Positions 47,233 to 58,800 of a stretch of 64,000 nucleotides of DNA are shown here, piece after piece. Numbering within the stretch: position 1 is the stretch's first letter; every line of letters begins with the position of its first letter. Origin of the DNA: an uncultured virus (IMG/VR IMGVR_UViG_3300030433_003054). Lineage: Duplodnaviria; Heunggongvirae; Uroviricota; Caudoviricetes. Below the pieces are notes generated by a model that worked only from the letters and a program-made list of their open reading frames with translations, was not told the origin of the DNA and did no database searches. Position numbers and translations under genes: made by a program. The stretch is taken from the IMG/VR virus record IMGVR_UViG_3300030433_003054; one strand, given 5' to 3'.

Positions 47233-50200
47233 TATTTCTCCAATAGCGATTCTTTGTGTATTTTATCATACAAACGTGTTGCTACGTCGTATTTTAAGCC
47301 TAGTTTTGATAGACCAAAATATTCTCTGATCTTTGTGTTCAACAGACGATAAAAATCCCCATGATGAGGCTTTAAAGAGATATCAGCATCAGATTTGACG
47401 AGCGATATATTTTGCATCAATCTATCGTCCAATTCTCCAAATATCTTCTTCTTCTCTAAAAGGCTCTTCATCTGTTTAAAGCCCTCTAAATTGGGAGCAA
47501 ATGGAACAAGGTCTACCGCTATCCCCTTTTTTGTGATTGACTTTTTGCGTTCCCCAAATTTAAAGAAATATGGATCATTGGGAGAGATGTTGCCCTGCCA
47601 TTGGATCTGAATACCCATTGCATCATAAAAATCCTGATGATTCGACTGTTTTTGTAACAATTTCCTGATTAGGCTGTTCATTCCTCTCATATGGCCCTGT
47701 GTTATCATCGTATTCCCAAATAATTCTCTTACCTTCTTTGTATTCGCTGCTTTAAAAGCATCACTTAGGCTTACTCCAAATGTACCTCCCCATTCAGTGA
47801 AAGCTCCATATATTATCTGTTGCTGGATATAGGGAATACCTGTTTTTCTCAATGCTGTTAAAAAGTCACCCGATAGATCATAATGAACTTTGGGTTTTTT
47901 TATCTCAAACTGAGTCAGCTTGTATCCATCATCTGTTATCGTAATTCTTTTCTTAGTCCATACAGGCATACTTTCAGTCACCACGACTACTTTATTGCTC
48001 TTTTTATCATGTATAAGCATTGGGAAGAATTGTTTCTTCTTTGCTCCTGCACCTGTTTCTGAAACAGTTAGCCCATGAGCGATAGCATTGGTGTGAAAAG
48101 CCTGCATCTTCATTTTATTGGTCAAGGATACAAACATCGTAAAATTTAAATTGGCTAGTATGGCATTTGTCGCCCGCTCTACTTGTACAGAATCGGGGCT
48201 TAATATCTTCGCATACCCATTTTTGAGGAGCCAATTGTAATAATTTTGCTTCTGTTTTCGGATATCCTTCGGCTTATCTCCTTCCTGTATGAGATAGGCT
48301 TTCAAGAGGGGTAGTGCCTCATCTCCAAAATCAAGTTTTATATCGTTTTGATAGAGAATTACATTATCCCGACCTTCGAATCTTTTAGAAGGAAATGCAA
48401 GTGCTAATCCACTAAATAGCTTTTTATCATCTTCGGCTGACTGAGTATCAGGTTCTTTAAAAATCACGTTTTCAAGCTCTGAGATTCCCTGAGTAAATGA
48501 TTCAGGGAACCCATTATGCGAATCCACGATTCGGATAGCACTCAATTCGTACCCTTCTTGTCTGACAAAAAGGTGTACACTCCTACCTAAGATGTAAAAC
48601 ATACCCTCAATTAAGGTAAAATCTCTCATATATGGTTTGTTATACATAAAAGCTCTACTGTACTGGATAGCATCAACATAATACAGAGGAGGATATACTT
48701 GGGGTGACAAGCTCTTTAAATATCGGAGCGAACTTTGAGCACGTTGCATGAGGTTCGTATCCTTATCTCTTGTCGCCTGATAAAACATCAAGGAGGTTTT
48801 GTTTATCTGACCTGCGATCTTCTCTCTTTTCTTTCTAGCAAGTTTTTCGTTGCGTTTTTTGCGTAGTATTTCTCTTTTTCTCTCAAAGTCAGCCTGATTG
48901 ACCGAAGCCAATAAAAGGAGTGTATCAGCACTGGTTTCAGTGGCCCCTACGTTGTTCACAATACGGTCTTGACTTTCAATAGCCGATACAAGCCAATTCC
49001 TTTTGCCTTGTATCGTTAAAAACATGTATTGGTCGGCTGAGTTTTTAATGAGATAGTAATAGATACCAACCGATCCATATTGGTTCCCTGAGCGAATACC
49101 ACGTCCGTTTCTCTGTGTGATGGTGGCTGGCTCCCATGCTAGATCGACGTGATGTATAGCGCATGTTCTGTGCTGCAAGTCGATACCCTCATACGCAACA
49201 GAGTTAGCTATGATGATATCATAGCGGTATCCGTTTATTTCCCTTGCTCCCGCTGTTTTAGCTGGGACGACCTGATTCTTCTTATTGAGATAGAATTTAG
49301 AGGGGAAATTAAAGTTTTTCGATACCGTTTGTCGTGATTGAGGGTCAGGCAACACCTGTGCGTTCATAATACCGATAGAATACTCAGGTACACCCGATTC
49401 TATCAACAGCCGTCTTATCATGTACTGGACGGCTATGTTTTGAATAAAGATGATGTTTCCACATGTTAAATCGCCTTCTTTGTACTTTGTATCACCTCTA
49501 ATCGAAACAATGGTTTTAATAAGGCTATCCAATTTAGAAGAGTGAAGATCGTCCTCTGAGAGCTTATCGACCGTTTTTCTTATCTGGTCAACACTCATCT
49601 TTTTGCGTTTCTTTACCTTCTTTTCGTCTGTTTCAACACCTTTATTATTATCGTCCTCATCGACTACATAGAATAGATCACGTCTTTCATAGATGATGGG
49701 ATTAATACAAATCATCAACATGTACATGATCCCTTCTAGTGGATTCATTTTCTCATCATCATCATCGGGTAATTGCATCTTCTCCTGAATCTCTTCTATC
49801 AGTGCTTTTTGAAGAGAAGAGGGGTTGATATCTATTTTGTGCTCCACTGGTTCGGGGACTTGCATTGAGTTAGCAAGCTCAGGATATTTCTTTACGACCG
49901 TTTCAAGCACCTCAAAATTAGCATAACGGTTCAAAATCTCTCTGAATTCGTCAAGGTTTTTGAACTGCTTTACCTGTGGATACTCTTGCACTTGGAGCGA
50001 AGCCGAATAAAAACTATCCTCTTCGATTGTCAGGAACCGATTGTAAAAATCGGTGCTTGACCTCAGACCGTACTGTTTAAAGATATTGGGATCAACATAT
50101 TGGAGGAGATTGTAAAATTCAATGGGACTATTTTTTGCTGGTGTGGCACTCAATAAAAATATATTGTTTCCACCATATCGTTGTTGCGCATATTCACGCA

Positions 50201-53200
50201 CCAATTCGCATCGAATATCGAGATTGTATGATGCTTTTGAGGGTTTGCCTACTCCTAAAAATTTTGGTGGGGAGTTAAAGTCAGTTTTAGGGACGAATAG
50301 ATTTTTAAAGTTTTGAGCTTCATCGACCAATAACAGGTCAACCCCGATACTCTCCCACGTCACACCCTTATCGAATTTCCTTGTCGATTTGGGAGGCATA
50401 AGCATATCTGAGATCATTGCATCTAGCGCATCTTTTTTAGCTCTTAATTCCTGTGTGCTTTTCCCTGCTCTTACTTTGTCAGCTATTTGTTTATAGATAT
50501 TGTGTTCGGCTGAGATATGTTTGTCAGCAAATTTTTTGTACGAACGTTCGGTGAATTGAGTTTTATCGAACATGGAATAAGTACACAAAGCTACATCATA
50601 AGCTCCTAATGAAAACTGCAACCATTTTCGGCCCCGATCTTCTGAGCTATCGGTTTTTGATCTTAGAATCCCGTCTGAATCTCTATACTGATTCGCTCCA
50701 ATGGTTACGACCCTCCACGACGGAATTACGTTTGCGATATCGTCTTTCCATTTAAAGAGGATTGAGTTTGGTACTAGAATAACGGGCCTCTGACACCACC
50801 CCTGCTGTTTGGCAATGGCTATCGTTGCAATACCCGTAGCGGTCTTTCCTAGACCTACATCGAAGGCTAGTAAGCCCTCTCTCATATACACCATTTTTCG
50901 GACGGCTTCGGCCTGATATGGACGCAATTTAAAGCCCGCCCAACCATTGACCACAATATCCTCTCCTAATGAAAAATCAGGCTCAATGTATCCTCTGAAT
51001 TGACGATTGTATGCATTGGTTATGAGTTCCCAATATTTCCTGTTTTGATCCGATGAGATAAAATTCAGAAAGTCATTTACCATCTGCTCTCTTAATCTCA
51101 ATTTGGCCCCATAAGTGCTTTCTGCCTTATACTCTTTCAAAGAGTTTACATCTCCCTTCCTGAACGTTGGATTAAAGATTTTGCCATTATTGTTGAGCAT
51201 ACCATACAGAACAGATTGGTACGGAGTCAGTAGGCCCGCAAATCCATCGTGCGGCTGTAATTCTGAATCGGGTATTGTCACCCATTGTTCTAGGATTTTG
51301 TCTTTATATTTGGGATCACCCGATTTTCTAGGTGGTTTACCCTTCAAATATGGCACTTTGCCACCAAATTCCTCTATTGTTTTCCTGAGTCCTCTGTCTC
51401 CTGCGGTATCTTTTCCGTATCCAATGATACCCCAACCATCTACATCATCTGCCGATTCTAATGTTTTCTTAACAAATGTATTAAAAACCTTGTTGTTTCT
51501 TAATGTAGGGTAGTATTTTCTAATTTTATCCTGAGAGGAGATATAGTATTCTTTCATCAAATGATCTAATATATCATCATTAAAGCTAAATCCCATATCC
51601 GCCCACTTGATAGCTCTTGAAGAAAGCCTCTTGCCCTTGAATATTGGGTCTTTACTTATACCCTTCCATGATGGAGTACCTTTTCGTTTTCGTGCATATC
51701 CTATTGCATCTTTAAAAGAAAGGATTAGATCACCTAATCGCACCTGAATAGCATAAGATTCACCTTTTCGTACAATTCGTGAGTCCATGAGGGGCTTTAT
51801 TTGGTCAGAGTATTTTATCCCTTTAATATATAGACCTTCATAAAAAGAATTTAGAAGCTCAATGGGTACAAAACTGCTTGACGGGAGTATCTTTTGCTCT
51901 TCCACCAAATCTCCGAAGGAAGCTAGATTCATCAATGTTTGACCCTTCTCATTGGGCTGTGTTAGCCGATCCAATTGAGCTTCATAAATGGAGTGAATCT
52001 GTTTGAGTTTCGGATTCGATGGCTTTTTACTCTTTTTCATATACTGAGAAAGAGCATCATATTTTTTCCACAAATCCCCCTCATAATAGCGCATTGAGGG
52101 TACGCATGAATAAACATCATGCTTCGCTGAGGGAGATAAACACCAACCCTTCGATGCAAGCTCTACGGCGATATCTATAAACGGTTTGTTCACTGCACCA
52201 GCCGTCTTTAAGGCGGCTTGTGCGCTTGCTTCGGTGATCTGAGGGAATTGTGTGTACTTTTGTCGATGATTGTACCATGCACCGAAAAGGAGCGGGATAT
52301 TATTTGGGTCGCCATCAAAAACGAATTGCATATCAATGGGTTTCGATACCTGACTGACAACATTTCCCGAATCGGTATATACCGATACAAACTGTTGATA
52401 GCTAGTAATATCCTCTTTTTTCAGGTCAGAGAGTTGTTTGTTTTTGTGTGGGTTCCCATATTTTTCTTTATAGGATTCCAATTTGGTTATTAGGCCCTCC
52501 CGTTCAGAAAATGCTGCTAGTCGTGACTTAGAGGTATCCAATTGAAGAGATTTTATGAATTTACGAATATCAGGAACCAGATGATATGCTGCCTGTGAAG
52601 CCTGAGTCATTTTTGCTAGGACGGACGGACTTAGAACCTTTTCTGTATAGATAAAATGTTCGGCTTCTTTCTTTTTCTTTTCGGTCGTCTTGCCGTCTTT
52701 GCGTATGATGGCAAAATCTTTGTCTTTTGCCTGATATATCGGTCGATATTCTATTGGGGGTAGGCCCTCAAATTCTCCATTATGGACGATCCAATCAAAA
52801 ACAGAGGAGTTTTTATAGGTTTTGTCTTTACTTGTTCGAAGGGTTTGATTCTGTTTTATGAGTTGGCCCAGCACCTTTTCGGGGTGTCGTGTGAAAAAAT
52901 CACCATCTAAAATATATTGATCTTCCTGTGGAACCTCTTTAAGCACTCCTCCCCTAGCCTGCATAAAAATCACGTCGATAGGAGTCGCAACATGGAAGAC
53001 TCCCGATTTGAGCTTACCTCCGACTATGGTTTTTGTGGGGAGGGTATAAGCATCTATGATATGAGCTTGCTTTAAGATCTCCTCTCTTATTTCCTTGTGC
53101 TTTGTGTCTTTTTGCCTCATTGTGGCTCTTGGGATCACCATCACACACACACCACCTTTATTGAGCATGGGGAGGCTTCGGACGATCTGATAATGTTCGG

Positions 53201-53897
53201 CCCGTTTATAGTCCACCCAATTAGGGTCTAATCTCTGTGTGTCTGTATTCCTTGTCATGTACGGAGGATTAGCAATGATAGCTGAATAGATCGCAACAGG
53301 GTCTTGTGATCTAGCAAACTCCTCAAACATCATCTGATGGGTATTTACAGTCGGATATAGTGCCATGAGAATCTTAGATGATTGGTGCGATGGTTCCACT
53401 GCGTTCCATGTAAATCCCTCCTGATAAAATGGGTCAATGAATCGCCCAATACCTGCTGAGGGTTCCAGCATTAAATATTCTTTCTTGTACTTAGGCACGT
53501 TCAACAGCTTGCTGACTTTGCCATGAATAATAGGGTGTATGGCTTTATGAATAGAATAAGTCAGGGTATAGGGTGTGTAGTATTCGTTCGTTATCGCATT
53601 TTCAGTGGCGATATACTGATCATCTGCTATTTGACGATTCCATTTACCAACATCATCGAATCCACCCCAGCCAGTGTATTTTTTAAGCTCTTCACGTTCT
53701 TTGTCTGTGATGTTTGCGCCAGTCTTTGTCGATAAGATAGAGATGGCTTTTAGGTTCGCATTTCCCCTCTGTGTAAGAGTCGTGGGGAGCTTGGGGATAG
53801 ACTGAACCTGTGTATGCACCTTCGCTTTGCCTTCCTTCTTTAAGGAGGCAAAGCGCATCGACAGTGCTTCGATTATTGTACGTTCTCTCTTGTTCAT
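47232..53897 (-). CDS. DarB-like giant protein: N6-adenine methyltransferase plus SNF2-type helicase (2221 aa)
   Basis: AN..AI..L..YTGWGG, NEYYTP, LEPSAGIGRF, NPPY; helicase AFDVGLGKT, VDEAQNFKNL, SATP..NSP.E, EGIDLQ, W.P..QRNGRGIRSGN. Confidence 0.85.
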   Translation of the reverse strand: MNKRERTIIEALSMRFASLKKEGKAKVHTQVQSIPKLPTTLTQRGNANLKAISILSTKTGANITDKEREELKKYTGWGGFDDVGKWNRQIADDQYIATENAITNEYYTPYTLTYSIHKAIHPIIHGKVSKLLNVPKYKKEYLMLEPSAGIGRFIDPFYQEGFTWNAVEPSHQSSKILMALYPTVNTHQMMFEEFARSQDPVAIYSAIIANPPYMTRNTDTQRLDPNWVDYKRAEHYQIVRSLPMLNKGGVCVMVIPRATMRQKDTKHKEIREEILKQAHIIDAYTLPTKTIVGGKLKSGVFHVATPIDVIFMQARGGVLKEVPQEDQYILDGDFFTRHPEKVLGQLIKQNQTLRTSKDKTYKNSSVFDWIVHNGEFEGLPPIEYRPIYQAKDKDFAIIRKDGKTTEKKKKEAEHFIYTEKVLSPSVLAKMTQASQAAYHLVPDIRKFIKSLQLDTSKSRLAAFSEREGLITKLESYKEKYGNPHKNKQLSDLKKEDITSYQQFVSVYTDSGNVVSQVSKPIDMQFVFDGDPNNIPLLFGAWYNHRQKYTQFPQITEASAQAALKTAGAVNKPFIDIAVELASKGWCLSPSAKHDVYSCVPSMRYYEGDLWKKYDALSQYMKKSKKPSNPKLKQIHSIYEAQLDRLTQPNEKGQTLMNLASFGDLVEEQKILPSSSFVPIELLNSFYEGLYIKGIKYSDQIKPLMDSRIVRKGESYAIQVRLGDLILSFKDAIGYARKRKGTPSWKGISKDPIFKGKRLSSRAIKWADMGFSFNDDILDHLMKEYYISSQDKIRKYYPTLRNNKVFNTFVKKTLESADDVDGWGIIGYGKDTAGDRGLRKTIEEFGGKVPYLKGKPPRKSGDPKYKDKILEQWVTIPDSELQPHDGFAGLLTPYQSVLYGMLNNNGKIFNPTFRKGDVNSLKEYKAESTYGAKLRLREQMVNDFLNFISSDQNRKYWELITNAYNRQFRGYIEPDFSLGEDIVVNGWAGFKLRPYQAEAVRKMVYMREGLLAFDVGLGKTATGIATIAIAKQQGWCQRPVILVPNSILFKWKDDIANVIPSWRVVTIGANQYRDSDGILRSKTDSSEDRGRKWLQFSLGAYDVALCTYSMFDKTQFTERSYKKFADKHISAEHNIYKQIADKVRAGKSTQELRAKKDALDAMISDMLMPPKSTRKFDKGVTWESIGVDLLLVDEAQNFKNLFVPKTDFNSPPKFLGVGKPSKASYNLDIRCELVREYAQQRYGGNNIFLLSATPAKNSPIEFYNLLQYVDPNIFKQYGLRSSTDFYNRFLTIEEDSFYSASLQVQEYPQVKQFKNLDEFREILNRYANFEVLETVVKKYPELANSMQVPEPVEHKIDINPSSLQKALIEEIQEKMQLPDDDDEKMNPLEGIMYMLMICINPIIYERRDLFYVVDEDDNNKGVETDEKKVKKRKKMSVDQIRKTVDKLSEDDLHSSKLDSLIKTIVSIRGDTKYKEGDLTCGNIIFIQNIAVQYMIRRLLIESGVPEYSIGIMNAQVLPDPQSRQTVSKNFNFPSKFYLNKKNQVVPAKTAGAREINGYRYDIIIANSVAYEGIDLQHRTCAIHHVDLAWEPATITQRNGRGIRSGNQYGSVGIYYYLIKNSADQYMFLTIQGKRNWLVSAIESQDRIVNNVGATETSADTLLLLASVNQADFERKREILRKKRNEKLARKKREKIAGQINKTSLMFYQATRDKDTNLMQRAQSSLRYLKSLSPQVYPPLYYVDAIQYSRAFMYNKPYMRDFTLIEGMFYILGRSVHLFVRQEGYELSAIRIVDSHNGFPESFTQGISELENVIFKEPDTQSAEDDKKLFSGLALAFPSKRFEGRDNVILYQNDIKLDFGDEALPLLKAYLIQEGDKPKDIRKQKQNYYNWLLKNGYAKILSPDSVQVERATNAILANLNFTMFVSLTNKMKMQAFHTNAIAHGLTVSETGAGAKKKQFFPMLIHDKKSNKVVVVTESMPVWTKKRITITDDGYKLTQFEIKKPKVHYDLSGDFLTALRKTGIPYIQQQIIYGAFTEWGGTFGVSLSDAFKAANTKKVRELFGNTMITQGHMRGMNSLIRKLLQKQSNHQDFYDAMGIQIQWQGNISPNDPYFFKFGERKKSITKKGIAVDLVPFAPNLEGFKQMKSLLEKKKIFGELDDRLMQNISLVKSDADISLKPHHGDFYRLLNTKIREYFGLSKLGLKYDVATRLYDKIHKESLLEK

Positions 53898-55873
53898 GGG
53901 ATATCCTTATCCTTATCTATTTCTTTGAGTTTGGCCCAAATCATATTGTTTAGATCTTCTTCGTCGCCACCTCTCAGGGTAAATGCGCTCTTGTTCTGCA
54001 CTAAAACATGTTCTTTACCATCATTAGCAAGCTGTAAATGAGCCTGAAACGATAGCCAATCAACAACATCATATTTATGGCCGATCCAGCTAGTTGAACG
54101 TTTATTTTTAGGTACAACAGTCACCAATTGAACGATAGAGTTATCAGCCAATTCTTCATGTTTATCCAAAATTTGACCTAATTTTATTCTTTTATCTACT
54201 GTTGTCGGATATTTGGATCGTTCATTTTCTGTTATGAGCACCATAATTACATTTCGATCAAAAATATCTTGCTCAATAGGGTATACAGACCAGTTTTTCA
54301 ATCTTTTCTTAGCGGTAGCCTTCGTTTTCTTCTTTTTCGATTCAGATAGGAGCTTCACTATATCGTCGGATATGTAAGGTTTAAGACTTTCTTGGAATCC
54401 AGCTAGGTATTGTTTCGCTTCTTCTAGGGGAACGTATATGTATTCTCTTTCCAATTTTGGGGTTGCTTTACCCTTTGACATATTTAAGTTAATGAAACCA
54501 GTTTGTGATGTTGCGATTTTATACCCAGCCTTTTTAAGATCACCTTGAATAGTTGCTTTTAGTAGTTGGGAACTATCCAATATGCGTTTCAATTTAACCT
54601 TACTAGGTATTCTTCCTGAGATGTAAGTCAGCATTAGAAAGAATATCCCGATAGGAGATTCATAGACAAATGCTATTTTTGTTGGCATTTTTTCTAGGCT
54701 TTGTACAAACTCATCGAGATTAGATATCTTTTCCTTTTTAAGGGTCAGATCATATCCCGCCTTATCTTTACTAGTCACAAAAGACGTTTTATAGACGGTC
54801 AGCTTTCCTTCCTTCGATGTAGTTTTTACCTTCGATCTAGTTTCTTTCTGTGGGGGTTTTTTATAATCCACACCTGAGTTAAAAGGTATTGTACCCCCTC
54901 CCCGATCGAACAGATCATAAAGTATTACACTACCTATTGTTGTAAATACATTTCGGAATAAGAATAGATTCTTGGCCCATGATTTGTCTGATTTTTCTGC
55001 CTCTAAGCTCATATCCCAGCCAAATAATGATTTAAGGGGATTCTCCATTTGAATCTCTAAAATCACGTTCAAGTACGTTTTGAGAGAGTCTTTAAAAGGG
55101 ACTAGGTATCTATCTTTCACCTCTTTTTTGTACTTTTTATGCTCAGGGTCTATAACAACCCGATCTATGAGATTCAAATCCGACGGCAACACCTTCGACA
55201 TGGCGAATTTATTATCTTTTTTCTTCATAACATCAGCTATTTTGAGCCTAAATAATTCAAGGAGAAAGTCTAATTGCAAAGATACTGATTCCATTTCTCT
55301 TGTGTGTGTTATGCGCTGCTTTACCGCATAGTTTTCTTTAAGGTCACTCCAAAAAGTTTTCTCTCTGAACACCATTTCGTACATCTGCACTCTGTACCAC
55401 GTCTGAGTAGTTTTATTGTATAAGACAGGTGCGTACTGTCTAGCCTCATAAATATAGATTGGTTTTTTTGTGTAATCTGTATATTTCCCATCTTTATATC
55501 GCATCTCCCATGAAAGAGGTCTTGAATCCTCTTTCATCGGAGAGTAATGAGTTTTTGCCATTGGTATAAGTCTAGGAAAATGTGTATTGTCAGGGTATTT
55601 TGCGTGAAGGAAGGCTCCCACCTGCTTCCCTATATCCTGAGAAAAAATAAGGATTTTACGGCCCTTCCTCAGAGCCAATGTGTACAATCCTAATCCCATA
55701 AGCTCATACCCACCATCTTCTAGTAAATCCACGATATCAAAATCCTCAAACAGAGGTAGGCCCTTCATATCCTGCACAAAGTCGTTGAATTCTAGTTCTA
55801 TGGTATCGCTATCTATCTCATCGAATCTAGCTTTGAGAGCTATTACAATGGTCTTTTCTTTGTCGTTCAGCAT
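53894..55873 (-). CDS. Large hypothetical protein with N-terminal shared tag
   Basis: Likely start MLNDKEKTIVIALKARF, with a TGATG overlap with the upstream stop. Confidence 0.75.
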   Translation of the reverse strand: MLNDKEKTIVIALKARFDEIDSDTIELEFNDFVQDMKGLPLFEDFDIVDLLEDGGYELMGLGLYTLALRKGRKILIFSQDIGKQVGAFLHAKYPDNTHFPRLIPMAKTHYSPMKEDSRPLSWEMRYKDGKYTDYTKKPIYIYEARQYAPVLYNKTTQTWYRVQMYEMVFREKTFWSDLKENYAVKQRITHTREMESVSLQLDFLLELFRLKIADVMKKKDNKFAMSKVLPSDLNLIDRVVIDPEHKKYKKEVKDRYLVPFKDSLKTYLNVILEIQMENPLKSLFGWDMSLEAEKSDKSWAKNLFLFRNVFTTIGSVILYDLFDRGGGTIPFNSGVDYKKPPQKETRSKVKTTSKEGKLTVYKTSFVTSKDKAGYDLTLKKEKISNLDEFVQSLEKMPTKIAFVYESPIGIFFLMLTYISGRIPSKVKLKRILDSSQLLKATIQGDLKKAGYKIATSQTGFINLNMSKGKATPKLEREYIYVPLEEAKQYLAGFQESLKPYISDDIVKLLSESKKKKTKATAKKRLKNWSVYPIEQDIFDRNVIMVLITENERSKYPTTVDKRIKLGQILDKHEELADNSIVQLVTVVPKNKRSTSWIGHKYDVVDWLSFQAHLQLANDGKEHVLVQNKSAFTLRGGDEEDLNNMIWAKLKEIDKDKDIP

Positions 55874-58800
55874 CACTTTACTACCTTGTCTGCATAGTCT
55901 TTTGAGGTTTCCTGCCATTCCTCTTCATTTCTTATCTCTTTGAGTATGGAGAGGATATATTCATACATCGCTTTTGCTGTTTCTTCAATGGGGAGAGCTT
56001 GTATCAATTGTGGAAGATTTTCTTTAAACTCATTTTTTCCCATATCGGAGTGATCAGAGATTAATAATGCTCTCTTAGATTCTATGTGCCCATCTTCTCC
56101 AAATCCCATGAAAATACTTTTAGGAGGTTGATTTGATAGGCTTGTGACGTTGTAAATAGCGACCTGATTGTACTCATTAGTCCAGATAAAGAATTTAAAG
56201 ATAAACGATCGTGCTACCAATTTACGTTCTATCTCATTGTTGCTAAAAGCCATCTTTTTAAACATAGGAATCGTTATCTTTACTTTTCCCAATTCAGACA
56301 TTCTTAAAAACCCTGATCCCTTCGGCCTAATAAAACTGACCTTGTTCTGTTTTGCGTCCAGCCAAAAATTAGCTGAAACAAACTTTTTTATATCAGCACC
56401 GTAATTATCTTTGAGAGCATCGAAAATACGTTGCATGTGCGCTGTGGTGGGGTTTTTATCATATGTTTTGCCTTTACCCCTAGATTTGGGCTTTGATTTG
56501 GGCTTCTCTTTTGCACCTGAAAAGTCCTTCATATGGTTCAGAACCTTTAAAAAGTACGTTTTAGCATTTTGTCTACGGGGAGAGATATCACCTCCCCCCA
56601 TTAAAAGGATATCTTTGTATTGCCCATCATCGATCAACACTCTTTTATTTGAACCCCATGCTTGTACTGCTGAGGTGTGACCAGCGACTGAGAAGATGGA
56701 TATTTGCATATCCATCATTCGGTAAATAGCAAAGTATTCAGTCAGTCCGTTTCGGATATGAGCATGCACATAGAGGTCAATGGGGAGCTTGGGGTGGGAG
56801 TGATGCAAAGTTACCTCTTCTTTTTCAAATCCTACATCATCTGTCCCTTCTAGCCACTTGTCTACATTGTCGTTCATAAATTCGAAAAAATCAGTATCCA
56901 GAGGCATTGCAATAAGCATTTTCAAGGAACCACTTGAATAGCCTATATTTACGGGGTCGGGATTTGCAATGTAATATCTTTGATCTGTGCCTGATCTTGT
57001 CGTTTTACATACATTTGCGTTGAATAGACGTAAATATTCGGTCACGATCGGAGTGCGCTTCTTGTGGTCTTTTGTGCGGATATAGTGTAGCCTATTCTGC
57101 ATCTTCATTACCATATCTTTGTTTTCTTTGCTTAGTCCATAGTATCCCTTATAGTGACACATGGGTGTGACTCCTAGTACCGAATCTTTATAGAATTGGG
57201 CCACCTGATCAGTATAAAAATATCTTCCACTACCTGACCCACACGCATCTTTTTTGTGTTCTCTTAATGAGTATTTTTCAGAGTAAAACGGACGTACAAA
57301 AGGGAATTTTTTACCTATATCGTATTTCCCTGCCGCCTTTATTTTTTTGTCGGCAAACTCCTTTAATGGGGTTTTAAAAGAGTAATTTTTGTCGTGTATC
57401 CATATCTTATTATTTCTGTGTGCAAATTTAGCAAAGAATTCCGATGGAACATCACAGCTTCCTACATTGGTCTTCCAACCCATTGCCTCAAAGTCTTGAC
57501 CTTCATATGTACCTTTTAATCCCCTGATATCAACATAATAGGGTTCTTCTACGTCGGTTTTAAATGGCGATTCGCTAGGCTTATCCTCTTTTTCGACTCT
57601 TCCTACCTCTACCGTCTTTTTAAAGGCATTGATAACCATATCGGGAATCCCGATCGCTTCCAATAAGTCATAAAACCTATTGAGAATCGCTGTCTTGGTC
57701 TTGGCTCCACTTTTATGTAAAGCCTTCGCCTCATTGGAACGATGTAAAAAAGCTTTTGATAGAGTCTTTTTCAAATTAAAAGAATCTCCCTCCCATAAGT
57801 AGTTTTTCCACTCATCATTTTTAAATATCTCATGGAGGGCAACAGCTACGTTGTAAAGATGGGTATTTCTAATTTTAGGGTCTTTAAAGTTTTCTTTGAG
57901 AGCATAAAGCTCTTTATATATGGTTCGATCCAGCTTGATATATCTATCCTTCTCAAACTGACGCATGCTTTGTTCTTGCAATTTAGGCATGATCTCAGTT
58001 CTGACCTCAGCATGTAGCTTTTCAAGAGCCTTTTTTACATAATCAAAGAGGTATTTTTCAGTAATAGGCTCCTCAGGAGGGTGCTCGTATTTTCTGATAA
58101 AGTAATTTTTTGTCTGTTCTAAAATCTCATTTTTACTCATAGGAGAGAGATTATCATCGAACATCTTTTTTATTTTTTCTAGGTCTGAGAGATCATCTTT
58201 AAAATTCGCTTCCAGTGATTCTATGGACTTGGATCGCATTAATTCTTTTTTCAAAGAGGATTTTTTCTCCATAATTTTGCTCAAATACTCAATGATATAT
58301 TCTCTGAACATTTGCTGCTGCTCTTCGTCTATTTCCCCCATCAGTCCCGCATCTTCTTCAATCTCTTGTACCACCGATGCGAATCTATCAGGCAATGCGT
58401 TCAAAATCAGCAATTCGATGTTTCGTGGTACGACTACTTTCATCATATTATCGACGTACCACTGAGTATAAAATGGTGATACAAATCCTGCTTTTGTCGT
58501 GTCAATAATAAGATTTTCGGACGCATTTCCTTCGTATATCCAATCTTCTATATCATTCTTAGAGCCTTTATATTTGAGTCTTGATCTCCCATGAGTAGGA
58601 TCGCCCAGCGATATTCCATACTCATCATCTGAGATTTTGAAAATCACAAACATATGAGGGGCTATTTCTTTTCGAACATTGCTCAATTCACTCTCTTGTG
58701 GATTCGATACAAGCTCCTGAGCAAGTCGGGGAGGAAGAGTGTGATTTACAAATATTGTATATGCTACCTCTCCATATTCAGAGGGATCATCTTTATCGAA

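Noticed and set aside
47232..53897. Intein in the 2221-aa protein
   Set aside because: I saw no splice-junction or LAGLIDADG motifs; the length is normal for DarB-like proteins.
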